From positions 819-64,818 of the forward strand of contig DATLVR010000095.1 of assembly GCA_035577265.1 (NCBI GenBank): 64,000 bases of DNA, in the 5' to 3' direction. The position numbers and the translations under genes were made by a program. Below, piece after piece: positions 43,249-53,100 of this stretch. Source of the DNA: Verrucomicrobiia bacterium (GTDB lineage: Bacteria; Verrucomicrobiota; Verrucomicrobiia; Limisphaerales; UBA11358). The notes beneath the pieces are model-generated. The model had not been told where the DNA came from, did not search any database, and saw only the letters and a list, made by a program, of their open reading frames with translations. The first letter of the stretch is position 1. Each line of letters begins with the position of its first letter.

Positions 43249-45398
43249 GACGGCTCCTTGTGCATGGCCAGATGGTCGGGCAAGGGCTTGTTATTCACGG
43301 ACTGAAAATAACGCAGGCAGGTATCCCGCCAGTTGACCGCGTGAGCCAGCTGGGTCGCGAGTTTTTTTTGCACGGCCTCAAACCGCTCCGCGTCCACCCT
43401 GCCCCGCAGCGTTTCCCACTGCACCTGCATCGTCTTCACATACTCGACGCCGGCATTGTAACGAGCACACAGTTCATCCCACACCGTGCGCCCATCCGAC
43501 AATTTGTAATCCCAGTCAACATGATGGAACCACAACAGCAGGTCAGGCGGACAGGTGTTCAGGTTGGAAAAATAATCTCCCACTGGTGGTGCATACTGGG
43601 CAACCGCATCGGAGCCACTGGCGGTGCGGTCGAACCCTATGCCCCGCGCATCGGCCTGGTGATAATACCACCCCGAATATTCCGGGGATTTGTTATTGTG
43701 CGTTTGCGGTGCTGGATCATAGTGTCCGCCGCCTTCCATGATATGATGCAGCCCCAGCGGCATCTCGTAATCCACGCACCCCTCCCACGAGCCGAGCATC
43801 ATGTTGGTGATGGTGGCGATCACCTTGGGATCGTTGCTCCAGGTCATTTTGCCCCATTCCTCCGCGATCTGCGCCGCGCTCAACCGGCTGTTCCAGGCCA
43901 GCCGGCCAAACGCATACCAATTGGCCTGGGCGAAATCATGGCCGCACCAGTTGCGATCCTGTCCGGTGTTCGCCACGCCGGCGATGGCGGTGTGGGCCGA
44001 AGCGGCAAACGTTTTCGCCACGGTTGAACCCGGACCGTCAGCGTGCGTGTCCGATTCCAAAAATTCCTGCCACATGGGCGCCAGAAATACCAGGTCAGTG
44101 GCGTGCCCCATGTTCTCCTGCGTGATCTCCAGTTCCGCCATCAAGGATGTTTTGTGCATCGCACCAAACAACGGATGAAACGGTTCGTGCGGCTGGAAAT
44201 CAATCGGGCCGGTTTTCACCTGGACAAAAACATTGTCGCCAAATTTTCCGTCCAGCGGTTTGAATTCCGTGTAGGCGCGTTTGGCGCGATCCGGGTCCAC
44301 CTTCGGACTGTTGTAAACGAAAGCCCGCCACATCACCACGCCACCATGCGGCGCGAGGGCATCGGCCAGCAGGTTTGCCCCGTCCGCATGCGTGAGGCCG
44401 TAATCCTGCGGGCCGGGCTGGCCTTCGGAATTGGCCTTCACCAGAAAACCGCCGAAGTCCGGGATGAGCGCATAAATTTCATCCGCTTTTTGCCGCCACC
44501 ATTTGCGAACCGCCGGATCTTTGGGATTGGCCGTCTTCAATCCACCCAGCTTTTTTGGCGAAGCGAAATTCACCGAAAGATAAACACGGATGCCATAGGG
44601 CCGGAACACCTCCGCCAGCGCCGCCGCCTTCTTGAGATTTTCCGTGCTCAATTGCTCCGGCCGGGCGTTGACATTGTTTAACACCGCACCATTCAACCCG
44701 AGCGAGGCATCCGCCCTGGCGTAATCCTGATAACGCGGCTCCAGTTTTCCCGGCAGTTCGGCCCATTGCCACAGGGATCTCCCGGCAAATCCGCGCTCCA
44801 CGCTGCCGTTCAAATTGTCCCAATGATTCAACAGCCTACGCTCCAGCGCGGGCTTCTCGGCGATGGCCAGGTGATCAATGGCCTGACGAGTCTGGAGCAA
44901 CCGCAAAAAATGAAATGTTCCGTAGAGCGCCCCGGTCTCACCCTGCGACGCGATCACAGTCAGGGCACGACCGGAATTGGTCACCGACCGGATGAGATAT
45001 CCGTCGTTGCCAAGCTGCTTGAGTTCGGCATCCCATCCCACTGCAGCAACCGCCGGGTTATTGGCGGGAGTTCCAATCACCAGCGCGCCGCTGCGGGTAA
45101 CGGCCTGCGAACATTGCCGATTGCCACCCAGTAATCCCGACAATCCGTCTTTAATTTCATCCCGGATCACCTGCTGCGTTGGCGAATTGGTCGCCACCAC
45201 AATTTCAGTGATGTGCGTCAAATACGCTTCCCGCTGCACGCGATTGGTGACAGGTTCGTATCGCAGCCACAGCCGGTAACCATCCTCGGCCTGAAGCGGC
45301 AAGGCAAACAACAGCACCAGCAAAAATGCGCCCAGATAAAATCTGCTGCCGGGACTTTGGGACCGGCGGGAACTAATTTGATCGATCGCGCTGGTCAT
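43245..45398 (-). CDS. aguA: GH67 alpha-glucuronidase
   Basis: EDGYRLWLRYEPV at the mature N-terminus, RRLLNHWDNLNGSVERGFAGRSLW and other GH67-typical blocks, at the expected ~700-aa length. Its ATG overlaps the upstream stop (ATGA). Confidence 0.85.
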   Translation of the reverse strand: MTSAIDQISSRRSQSPGSRFYLGAFLLVLLFALPLQAEDGYRLWLRYEPVTNRVQREAYLTHITEIVVATNSPTQQVIRDEIKDGLSGLLGGNRQCSQAVTRSGALVIGTPANNPAVAAVGWDAELKQLGNDGYLIRSVTNSGRALTVIASQGETGALYGTFHFLRLLQTRQAIDHLAIAEKPALERRLLNHWDNLNGSVERGFAGRSLWQWAELPGKLEPRYQDYARADASLGLNGAVLNNVNARPEQLSTENLKKAAALAEVFRPYGIRVYLSVNFASPKKLGGLKTANPKDPAVRKWWRQKADEIYALIPDFGGFLVKANSEGQPGPQDYGLTHADGANLLADALAPHGGVVMWRAFVYNSPKVDPDRAKRAYTEFKPLDGKFGDNVFVQVKTGPIDFQPHEPFHPLFGAMHKTSLMAELEITQENMGHATDLVFLAPMWQEFLESDTHADGPGSTVAKTFAASAHTAIAGVANTGQDRNWCGHDFAQANWYAFGRLAWNSRLSAAQIAEEWGKMTWSNDPKVIATITNMMLGSWEGCVDYEMPLGLHHIMEGGGHYDPAPQTHNNKSPEYSGWYYHQADARGIGFDRTASGSDAVAQYAPPVGDYFSNLNTCPPDLLLWFHHVDWDYKLSDGRTVWDELCARYNAGVEYVKTMQVQWETLRGRVDAERFEAVQKKLATQLAHAVNWRDTCLRYFQSVNNKPLPDHLAMHKEPS

Positions 45399-48300
45399 GG
45401 ATATGTGAGCCGGAAAAAAGTGCCTCCTTCGGTCAGATCAACCGGCAAGATTATTGCGTTCGTCACGTCCGAACCCGCAACGTCCACCCAGTTCGTGGCC
45501 AAACCCGCAGTCAGACTATTTGTCTGAGTTTGCAACCGCCACCCGATGTGATCTTCCGGCCAGGAGAGGGTCAGTGAATTGTTCGCGACCGCCACCCATA
45601 GGTTCGTTGGATTGGTTGCAACGACGCGTAACAACGCAATCGTTCCATCAACCGCGAGCTTGTTGGTCCACGTCAACGCTGAATCAACAACCGGCAGATT
45701 GACGGTGGTGAACCCGGCGACCGGCATGTTGAATAATTGGAAGCTGTCGCCCGCCTGAAGCGCGGGACCGAGATTGTTCACTGTCAATATGCCGCCGCCC
45801 GTGATGGTTCCGGTGGTCGAAATCAATTTGTCGTTCGGCTGTGCGTTGGTGCGATTCAGTTCTACGACGACAGTTCCGGCGAGAGTGATATTGCTCTGTA
45901 CTACGAGCGTTCCAACGGTATCGCCGGGATTGATGATGGAACCGCCCACGGCATTCAACTTGCCAAGCAAAGTTCCACTGCCGCGAAGAGTCTTACCGCT
46001 GTTCAAGGTCAATGTCCGGTCCGTGCGCCCCGTCACATCCAACACCGCTGTGTTGGAGATGATGATTTGCGCGCTGCTGGCAATGTTGCCGGGTTCAACC
46101 AACGCCAGCGTGCCGGCACCGATGGTCGTGTTGCCGGCGTAGGTGTTCGCTTTTGATAAGGTGAGCCTGCCGGCACCGAGTTTGCTCAAACCGCCGGCAC
46201 CATTCGCCAGCACCTGCGCGATGGTGATATTGAAATTCGCCGTGTCGAACATGACGCCGCCAGGATTCACCGTGGCTGTAGTGAGATTGGTGATGAAGCT
46301 TATGCTGTTCGCGCCCGCGATGAATTTTACGCCGTTCAAATTCAATATGCTGGTGCCGGTGCCGCCGGCGATGCCCGAGCCAGTTGTCGTGATCTTCAAC
46401 GTGCCGCCGTTCAAGTTCAGTGTTCCCGCCGACTGCGTGGTTGCGCCGAGCAAAATGGCCGTGCTGTTATCCGTGGAGGCGACGACGCTCGTGCCGTCGA
46501 GATTCGTGATGGTTAGAACACCCGTCGCCGTGCCCACGCCGCCGCCGAGCAGATTTCTGCCGAGCACAACGACACTGCCCGCGCGGCTGATGTCGAGGTG
46601 ATTGGCAGAACTGTTTCCCAGAATCAACGCACCGACCTGCCCGCCGCCACCGGTGTTGTTGATCGTGCCAATCGTCAAGCTGCTTAAATTGCCGACGAAC
46701 GTCCCGGCGGAAAAATTGTTGCTCGACATAAAGGTCGTTCCCGTGCCGAGCTGACCGAGCGCGGCGGAGTTGCCGATGCTCAAGGCGGTGCGGCTTCCAG
46801 TTGAACCAACGTTGAAGACCGCGCCGCTGCCGCAGGTGAAAGTTGGATTGCACTTCCGTGCGCCCAGAATCAGCGTCGGCGTCAGGATGGTGGTGATTCC
46901 ATTGGGCGCAGTGGTCAAAACCGCCTGTGAGCTTGCAGCATTAAAGGCGCTGGCGGCGTCGCCAATGGTTATGGATGTCGAGGCGGTGATAGTATTGTTC
47001 GTGCCGAGATTCAATGTGCCGGTCCACGGGAAATTACCACCGGGGTTCTGTGCATTAACGCCAACCTGAATGGAGCCAACGTTCACCGTAAAATTGGACG
47101 AGGCGGAAACGTCCAGCGTGCCGAACGAAGCCGCGCCAAAATTTCCAGCGGCAATGGAAATGGAATCGCTGGAACCGCTGCCAATGCTTACCGATGTGTT
47201 GGCTGGAACGACCACACTGCCATTCGTCATCGGCGAACTGCTGTTGTTGAGAGCGATGTTCAGGCTGGCCACGGAAGAATTACCCGCGAGCGTCTGCGTG
47301 CCGCTACCGGTTTTGTTCAAGATCAAAGGCCGGGCGCTACTGGAAACCAGCTTGCCGGAAAAACTTCCACTACTATTGCCACTCCCTACGGTCAGACTCA
47401 CTGAATTAGACGACCCATTTGTGATAACGCCACCGGTTCCCAACAGCGCGCCAATGATCTGACTCGTTCCGTTCAAATCAACCAAGCCGAAGCCGTGCGC
47501 CGCGTTGTTGCTGATGGCCAAAAATGCGCCGGAGCCGAGCGTGCCGGAGCCGGAAAGCTGCACTGTGTCCGCTGCATTGAGCACTGTGCCGTTGGTGTAG
47601 GTATTCGCTCCGGTGAGCAGCAAGGTGCCACCGGTGATTCCACCCGGGGCATCCACCGTCAACGTGCCGCCACCACTGATCTGCGACGCCACGGTAAACA
47701 GGTTTGCCTGCGGGTCGAAGAGATTACCGGTGCCGATCAAGGAAACATATCCCGCCAACGTTTCCGGCAATCCGGACCAGTCGCTCACCACGCCGCCACC
47801 CAGAAACAACGCCGTGCCAGGTGCCGCACCAATGGTCGTCACATTGCCACTACCGGTTGCCTTGATGCGTAGAGCTCCGCCATTGGTGAGATATAATGCG
47901 CCACCTGCAAATATCTGATCGCCGCCGACCGCCGGCGTGCGCAAGTCCAGCCCGGAAACTTGATAGATGTTCGTCGCAGTAGGGGCCAAGGAGTTCGACC
48001 AATTCAACCCCGAGTTAAAGCTCGATACGCCGACAGCATCGCTGTTAGTCAGCGGAATGGTGACCGGATCAATCCATTGAAAATTATAGGTGGCATGAGC
48101 CGAAACACCATAGTCCATCCCCACGGCTTCCACTTCAATCGGCGTGAAGGCTTCATTGTTGCTGCGCGCGAGCTGGGAAATAAAAACGCCATTGTTCGGC
48201 GTGGCCCAAAGCCAGCTCAAACTGTTGTTAGGATTCCGGCGATAAACATTGTAGTAATAAACCGCGTCGGTGGAATTGCTCCAAGTCAGACGCAGGTTAT

Positions 48301-50050
48301 ATGTTTTCCAATCCAGATTGTATAATTTGTCCACCGCAACCGAAGCGGGCGCGGCTGGCGTGCTAATGGAGCCGTTGTAGACCGATAGCTGACCGACGCG
48401 CAGCGAGTAGCTACCGACCGTAGTAGCGTTGCCGATGCGCAGAGAAATCGTTGAAATCTTTTTTCCGGCGAACACAGATAAATCCAATGTGTTCGTGTTC
48501 CATCCAGTGGTAACGGTATTGCCGATGTCGAGAAACTGAAAATTTGTCGGGCTGTCTTCAAAGGCCAGTCCGAGTTTCAAATACGTCGCGCCAATCAAGC
48601 CGGTTTTGTAGATGCACCGAACATGGGTATTGTTGCTGACCGCAAGGCTGGTTTGATAAAGCCAGATGTCGTTGGTGGCGCTGGTAACTGTGCCAGCGAT
48701 CATCAAAGACGCGCCGCCGTAATACGCGTCAACAAAATCAATGCTCGGAACGAGCTTGGTGCCGGTGCTTTTCACCAGCCAGCGCCAGGTTGGCAAAACG
48801 TCCTGCAAGCCAAGGTTGTTCCAGCCGCCATTCATCAATTGCTGGCCGTTTATGTTGAAAAAACTCCCCTGCCCAGGATTGAAGCTTGTTGTGAAAGGCA
48901 CGCTGCTGATGGGTGACGCCGCCGGAATGAAATGCGATATACCCGGCCACGCATTGTTTGAGGAGGTGTTGCCCGGATCGCCGCCGGGTCCGACCCAGTA
49001 ATAATTGTCGCGCGCGTAGAAGTTCGTTACACTGGATGCGTAGTTAAAGGTCCATTCCGGCCGGTAGATGCCCAGCGAAACCAAGTGCGGCTGGCCTTCA
49101 GGAAAAAGATAATACCAGTCAATCCCGGTTGTAGTGTAGCCGCCGCTTTCCGTGTCAATGCCCGCATAAAGATCATAGGGACTGCGGCCAAGACTTTGCG
49201 CCAGCGAACGGGAGTTCGGCAGCTCTGTGGTGTCCCCATAATTGCTGCCCCACCAAAAATTCAAAAACATATTATCCGAGACCGGCCCGCTCACCCCTTG
49301 AAAAAACATCTGGTTGTAGCTGTCCAACTCATTCCGATAATCAATGCTGCCGTTTTTATCCATCGCGTCATACCAGACAATCTTCAGTCCGGGCGCCTTC
49401 GCGTGAAAATAGTTGATGAAATTGGTCATCGCCGACGCCGTTGCCGACGATCCGCCAACGGTCTCCTGATTGATAAACCAGCCATCGAAACCAAAATACT
49501 GCGCGGCCTGGATCAACTTGTCCGCCACCGGAAAGTTTGTGCCGGACTGCTGGAGAAAATCATTCACCCATTGAAATTTTCCGCCATAAACGGTTGGCGG
49601 GAAAAAGACGTTACCCATCATCATCACGCCGTTGCGGTGCGCTGCGTCAATCACGTGGCCGTTGGGCACGAGAAGAATGCCCGAACCTGCCGATCCGCCC
49701 CAATACACCATGGACTTCATGTATTGCCAGTAGTTGCCGGCGTAAAAACGGTTCGTGCGCGAGCCTTCGGCGGAACTGACCGGCGTGGAATTGAACGCCA
49801 CCAGCGACATTACGCCCGCTTCGTTGGTGCGGGCGTGAGGATTTACATTCAACGCGGGATTAACAAATCGCATCGCCAACGGAATGGTGCTTTTGTTGTA
49901 AAATGCGTCCGGGTCGTTCGTCGGATTCCAGTTTAGAATTGTTGCAGGATAAAATGATGGTGCGGCCGGCTCGCCCAGTTCCTGGGCTTTCACCGCAATT
50001 CCAAAGGGGACGCAAAGCATCGACAGGAACATCCAGGCAAATAGCTTCAT
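45395..50050 (-). CDS. Secreted GH85 endo-beta-N-acetylglucosaminidase head + FN3-like domain + ~885-aa PATR stalk + conserved C-terminal domain
   Basis: The likely start is MKLFAWMFLSMLCVPFGIAVKAQ (50050). The ORF track extends to 50437, but that part overlaps the upstream gene. GH85 motifs: MVYWGGSAGSGILLVPNGHVIDAAHRNGVMMMGNVFFPP and YFGFDGWFINQET. PATR repeat: GLSKLGAGRLTLSKANTYAGNTTIGAGTLAL. It ends GGTFFRLTYP. Confidence 0.85.
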   Translation of the reverse strand: MKLFAWMFLSMLCVPFGIAVKAQELGEPAAPSFYPATILNWNPTNDPDAFYNKSTIPLAMRFVNPALNVNPHARTNEAGVMSLVAFNSTPVSSAEGSRTNRFYAGNYWQYMKSMVYWGGSAGSGILLVPNGHVIDAAHRNGVMMMGNVFFPPTVYGGKFQWVNDFLQQSGTNFPVADKLIQAAQYFGFDGWFINQETVGGSSATASAMTNFINYFHAKAPGLKIVWYDAMDKNGSIDYRNELDSYNQMFFQGVSGPVSDNMFLNFWWGSNYGDTTELPNSRSLAQSLGRSPYDLYAGIDTESGGYTTTGIDWYYLFPEGQPHLVSLGIYRPEWTFNYASSVTNFYARDNYYWVGPGGDPGNTSSNNAWPGISHFIPAASPISSVPFTTSFNPGQGSFFNINGQQLMNGGWNNLGLQDVLPTWRWLVKSTGTKLVPSIDFVDAYYGGASLMIAGTVTSATNDIWLYQTSLAVSNNTHVRCIYKTGLIGATYLKLGLAFEDSPTNFQFLDIGNTVTTGWNTNTLDLSVFAGKKISTISLRIGNATTVGSYSLRVGQLSVYNGSISTPAAPASVAVDKLYNLDWKTYNLRLTWSNSTDAVYYYNVYRRNPNNSLSWLWATPNNGVFISQLARSNNEAFTPIEVEAVGMDYGVSAHATYNFQWIDPVTIPLTNSDAVGVSSFNSGLNWSNSLAPTATNIYQVSGLDLRTPAVGGDQIFAGGALYLTNGGALRIKATGSGNVTTIGAAPGTALFLGGGVVSDWSGLPETLAGYVSLIGTGNLFDPQANLFTVASQISGGGTLTVDAPGGITGGTLLLTGANTYTNGTVLNAADTVQLSGSGTLGSGAFLAISNNAAHGFGLVDLNGTSQIIGALLGTGGVITNGSSNSVSLTVGSGNSSGSFSGKLVSSSARPLILNKTGSGTQTLAGNSSVASLNIALNNSSSPMTNGSVVVPANTSVSIGSGSSDSISIAAGNFGAASFGTLDVSASSNFTVNVGSIQVGVNAQNPGGNFPWTGTLNLGTNNTITASTSITIGDAASAFNAASSQAVLTTAPNGITTILTPTLILGARKCNPTFTCGSGAVFNVGSTGSRTALSIGNSAALGQLGTGTTFMSSNNFSAGTFVGNLSSLTIGTINNTGGGGQVGALILGNSSANHLDISRAGSVVVLGRNLLGGGVGTATGVLTITNLDGTSVVASTDNSTAILLGATTQSAGTLNLNGGTLKITTTGSGIAGGTGTSILNLNGVKFIAGANSISFITNLTTATVNPGGVMFDTANFNITIAQVLANGAGGLSKLGAGRLTLSKANTYAGNTTIGAGTLALVEPGNIASSAQIIISNTAVLDVTGRTDRTLTLNSGKTLRGSGTLLGKLNAVGGSIINPGDTVGTLVVQSNITLAGTVVVELNRTNAQPNDKLISTTGTITGGGILTVNNLGPALQAGDSFQLFNMPVAGFTTVNLPVVDSALTWTNKLAVDGTIALLRVVATNPTNLWVAVANNSLTLSWPEDHIGWRLQTQTNSLTAGLATNWVDVAGSDVTNAIILPVDLTEGGTFFRLTYP

Positions 50051-50166
50051 GATCCGCTTGTCTGCTGGCAGGGGCCGATCCGCTGCCACCGACGAAGCTG
50101 TCAGAGTTCGCACGCTGGAGATTGCACGCTGTCGAAATGGTTTTCGCATACTCAGGGTCAAAACGT

Positions 50167-53100
50167 TCACGGGAAAACGAGCCGGAAAAAGACGCCGCCA
50201 TTGGCCGGATTGATGGGCATCGTCATCACGTTGGTCGCCGCAGCGCCGATCATATCCACCCAGTTCGCGCCCAGACCGGTCGCCAGCGCATTGGTCTGCA
50301 CCTCCAGTCGCCAGCCGATGTGATCGGCCGGCCAGGCCAGAGTCAATTGATTGCCTGCGCCGATTCCTGTCGCAATGACCGCTGCATTGGTTGACACCAC
50401 CCGGATGCTTCCGTCCATCGCCACGTTGTTTTGCCACACATTCCCGCCCGTTAATGCCGGCAGGTTCACCGTTGTGAATCCATCCACCGGCTGGTTAAAC
50501 AGATAAAACACATCTCCGCCCTGTAACGCCCCGCCAAGATTATTCACCGTCAAGGTTCCGCCTCCGCCAATGCTTCCAGAGATGGATACTAGTTTGTCGT
50601 TCAATGGAACATTGCCGCGGTTTATTTCCATCACCAACGTTCCTCCCAAGGTGATGTTGGTTTCCACGGCGAGCGTGCCGATGGTGTCACCCGGGTTGAT
50701 GGTCGATCCACTCAAGGCATTCAGCTCGCCCAGCAACGTCCCGCCACCGCGCAGCGACCGGCCGTTGTTGAGCGTCAAGGTCTGATCACTCCGCCCGGTC
50801 ACATCCAGAACTGCGGCGTTGGAAATTATGATGGACGCGCTGCTGGCAATGCTGCCCGGCTCGACCAATGCCAGCGTGCCCACACCAATCACGGTATCTC
50901 CGGCATAAGTGTTCGCCTTCGATAGCGTCAGCTTGCCCGCGCCGGACTTGCGCAACCCACCGCCACCATTGGCAAGCACTTGGGGAATGACCAGATTGAA
51001 ACCTGCCGTGTCGAACGCAACACCGCCGGCATTCACATTGACCGTGGTGACATTGGTGATGTAACCGGCGCTGCCGGCCCCGGCCTTGAGAGTGATTCCG
51101 TCCAGATTAACCGTGCTGGTTCCGGCACCGCCCGCGATGCCCGGCCCCGTCGTGGTGATCGTCAACGTGCCTCCGTTCAAGTTCAGTGTCCCCGCAGATT
51201 TGGCGGTGCCGCCCAGCAAAATCGCCGCGCCGTTGTCGGTCGAAACAACGACGCTTGATGAATCGAGATTGCTCAAGGTCAGGACGCCGACCGACTGACC
51301 TGATCCGCTGCCGCTCAAATATTGCCCGACGGTCACCACGGTTCCACTGCCGGCGAGATCAAGATGATTCGCAGCGTTGCCGCCCATGGTGAGAAGTCCG
51401 GTTTCATTCCCATTACCACCGTTGGCCAGTTGACCGAGCGCCAGTTTGCTGAGCCAGGCATTGAGGCGGCCGCCGGAACAATCGAGGTTCCCCGTGTAGT
51501 TGCCGCTGCCACCGCGCGATGATGCGGCGATGTTCAACGCGGTGCGATTGCCGTTGTTTCCCAGGTTCAACGTTGACCCCATTCCTAGCGTGAAGGTCGC
51601 ACTGGCTTTGCTGCCGCCCAGGGTCAGGCTCGGTGTCAGCATGGTCGTGCTGCCGTTGTCGGCGGTGGTGACGGATTGTGCGGTCGTGTTGAAGGTGTTC
51701 CCCATGTCGCCGAAGACAATTGAGGAAGCCGCATTGAGCGTGTTGTTCGTGCCGAGCTTCAGGGTCCCGAGAATGACAGGCGAGCCGCCGGAGGTATTGG
51801 TGCTGATGCCCAGCTGAATCGTGTTCACGTTCGCGGTGAAATTGGTGGACGCCGACACGTCCAACGTCGCGGTGATGGTGCCGGAATTGACATTGCCGGC
51901 CGACGCGATTGCCAGTTGATTGCTGATGGCCAGCAGCGCATTGGACACAACCAACGTGCCGCCGGAGACGATCAATCCGCCGTTGACATAATTGGTGTTC
52001 CGCGCGAAGGAAATGGTTCCAACTCCCGTCTTGACCAGTTCGATCCCGCCGGTGCCATTCCAAATGGATCCCTGAAAAATACCGCCGGCGGCATCGCCAT
52101 TGCCGATGGTCAGCGTGCTCAGATTGGTGTTGCCATTGTAGATTTTCCCGCCAATGCCGCTTAGATTGCCCACGCCCAGATCGAGTCCGTTGAGGTCGAC
52201 GGAGCCGTAGCCATTGCCAGCGCTGTTGCTGAAAGTGAGCGAACCGTTGGTATCACCCAGCGAGCCAGTGCCGCTGAGGCGAACGGTGTCCGCTGCATCA
52301 ATGATGGTCCCGCCCGTGTAGGTGTTGTATCCGGAAAAAATCAGCGTGCCGCCGCTTTGGATCGGGTTCGCCGCCTTTACCTTCAAAAATCCCGGGCCGC
52401 CGATGAATGCCGAGATCGTGAACGTGTTTCCCTGCGGATCAAATTTCCCCCCGCCGGCCCGCAACGTGACATTGCCATAGAAGGTGGCGCTGTTGTTCGC
52501 CCAGTCAGCGACCTCCCCGTTGTCCAGAAACAGATCTGTCCCCACCGAAATCCCCCGTCCGCCGCTCGTGTTCTTGCAGGCGAGTATGCCATTATTGGTC
52601 AACGTCAGCGAACTGCCCGCGAAATAATGGTGCAGCCCGTCCGGTGGGGTTCTCAATGTCAGTCCGTTGACAACATAATCGTGGGCTGAGGATGGCGCCG
52701 TGCCATCCGACCAGTTCAAGCCGCTCTCAAAGCTGCTGCTGCCCGTATCCGACGCGCTCAACGTCACCGTGGTCGGATTCACGGTCTGTGACGGGGGCAC
52801 GGCGATCATGGCCTCGAAGGAGGAGATGCAATCATACGAAAAGAAATTCGTGCCCTCGGGAGTCCGTTGCGGCCATTGACACCAGGAAAGGTTGTCTGAA
52901 GCCCGGCGGCCGTTCCACGCGGCGTTCGCCAGATTCTGCAACCAGACCTGGTAGCTGCTTTCCAGGCCGCGATGCTTCATGAATTTCGCCAGCCAGCGGA
53001 TGCAGATCGCGTTGAAGATGGAATTGTTCTGTGCGATGCCATACTGCGGCATGAAACCGGAACTGCCCATGTTGTTTTTGGTGTAGTTCGCGGCGAGAAT

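Noticed and set aside
40726-50382. PEP-CTERM, LPXTG or lipoprotein-type anchoring for the conserved C-terminal tails
   Set aside because: The tails lack a hydrophobic transmembrane segment followed by basic residues, and they lack PEP or LPXTG motifs. The N-termini lack a lipobox cysteine in most cases.
50051-50437. 129-aa N-terminal extension of the 1680-aa ORF 45395..50437
   Set aside because: It overlaps the 3' end of the GH76-stalk gene (stop at 50167) in another frame and is Arg/Gly-rich. A proper signal peptide (MKLFAWMFLSMLCVPFGIAVKAQ) begins at 50050. Similar spurious extensions were trimmed at 55746-55952, 57190-57282, 31392-31541, 18985-19119, 8952-9047 and 27310-27384.
45398-52761. 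Diversity-generating retroelement or other targeted hypervariation as the cause of differences between the two stalks
   Set aside because: There is no reverse transcriptase or template repeat in the window. The differences are spread along the whole stalk at all residue types, consistent with ordinary divergence after duplication.
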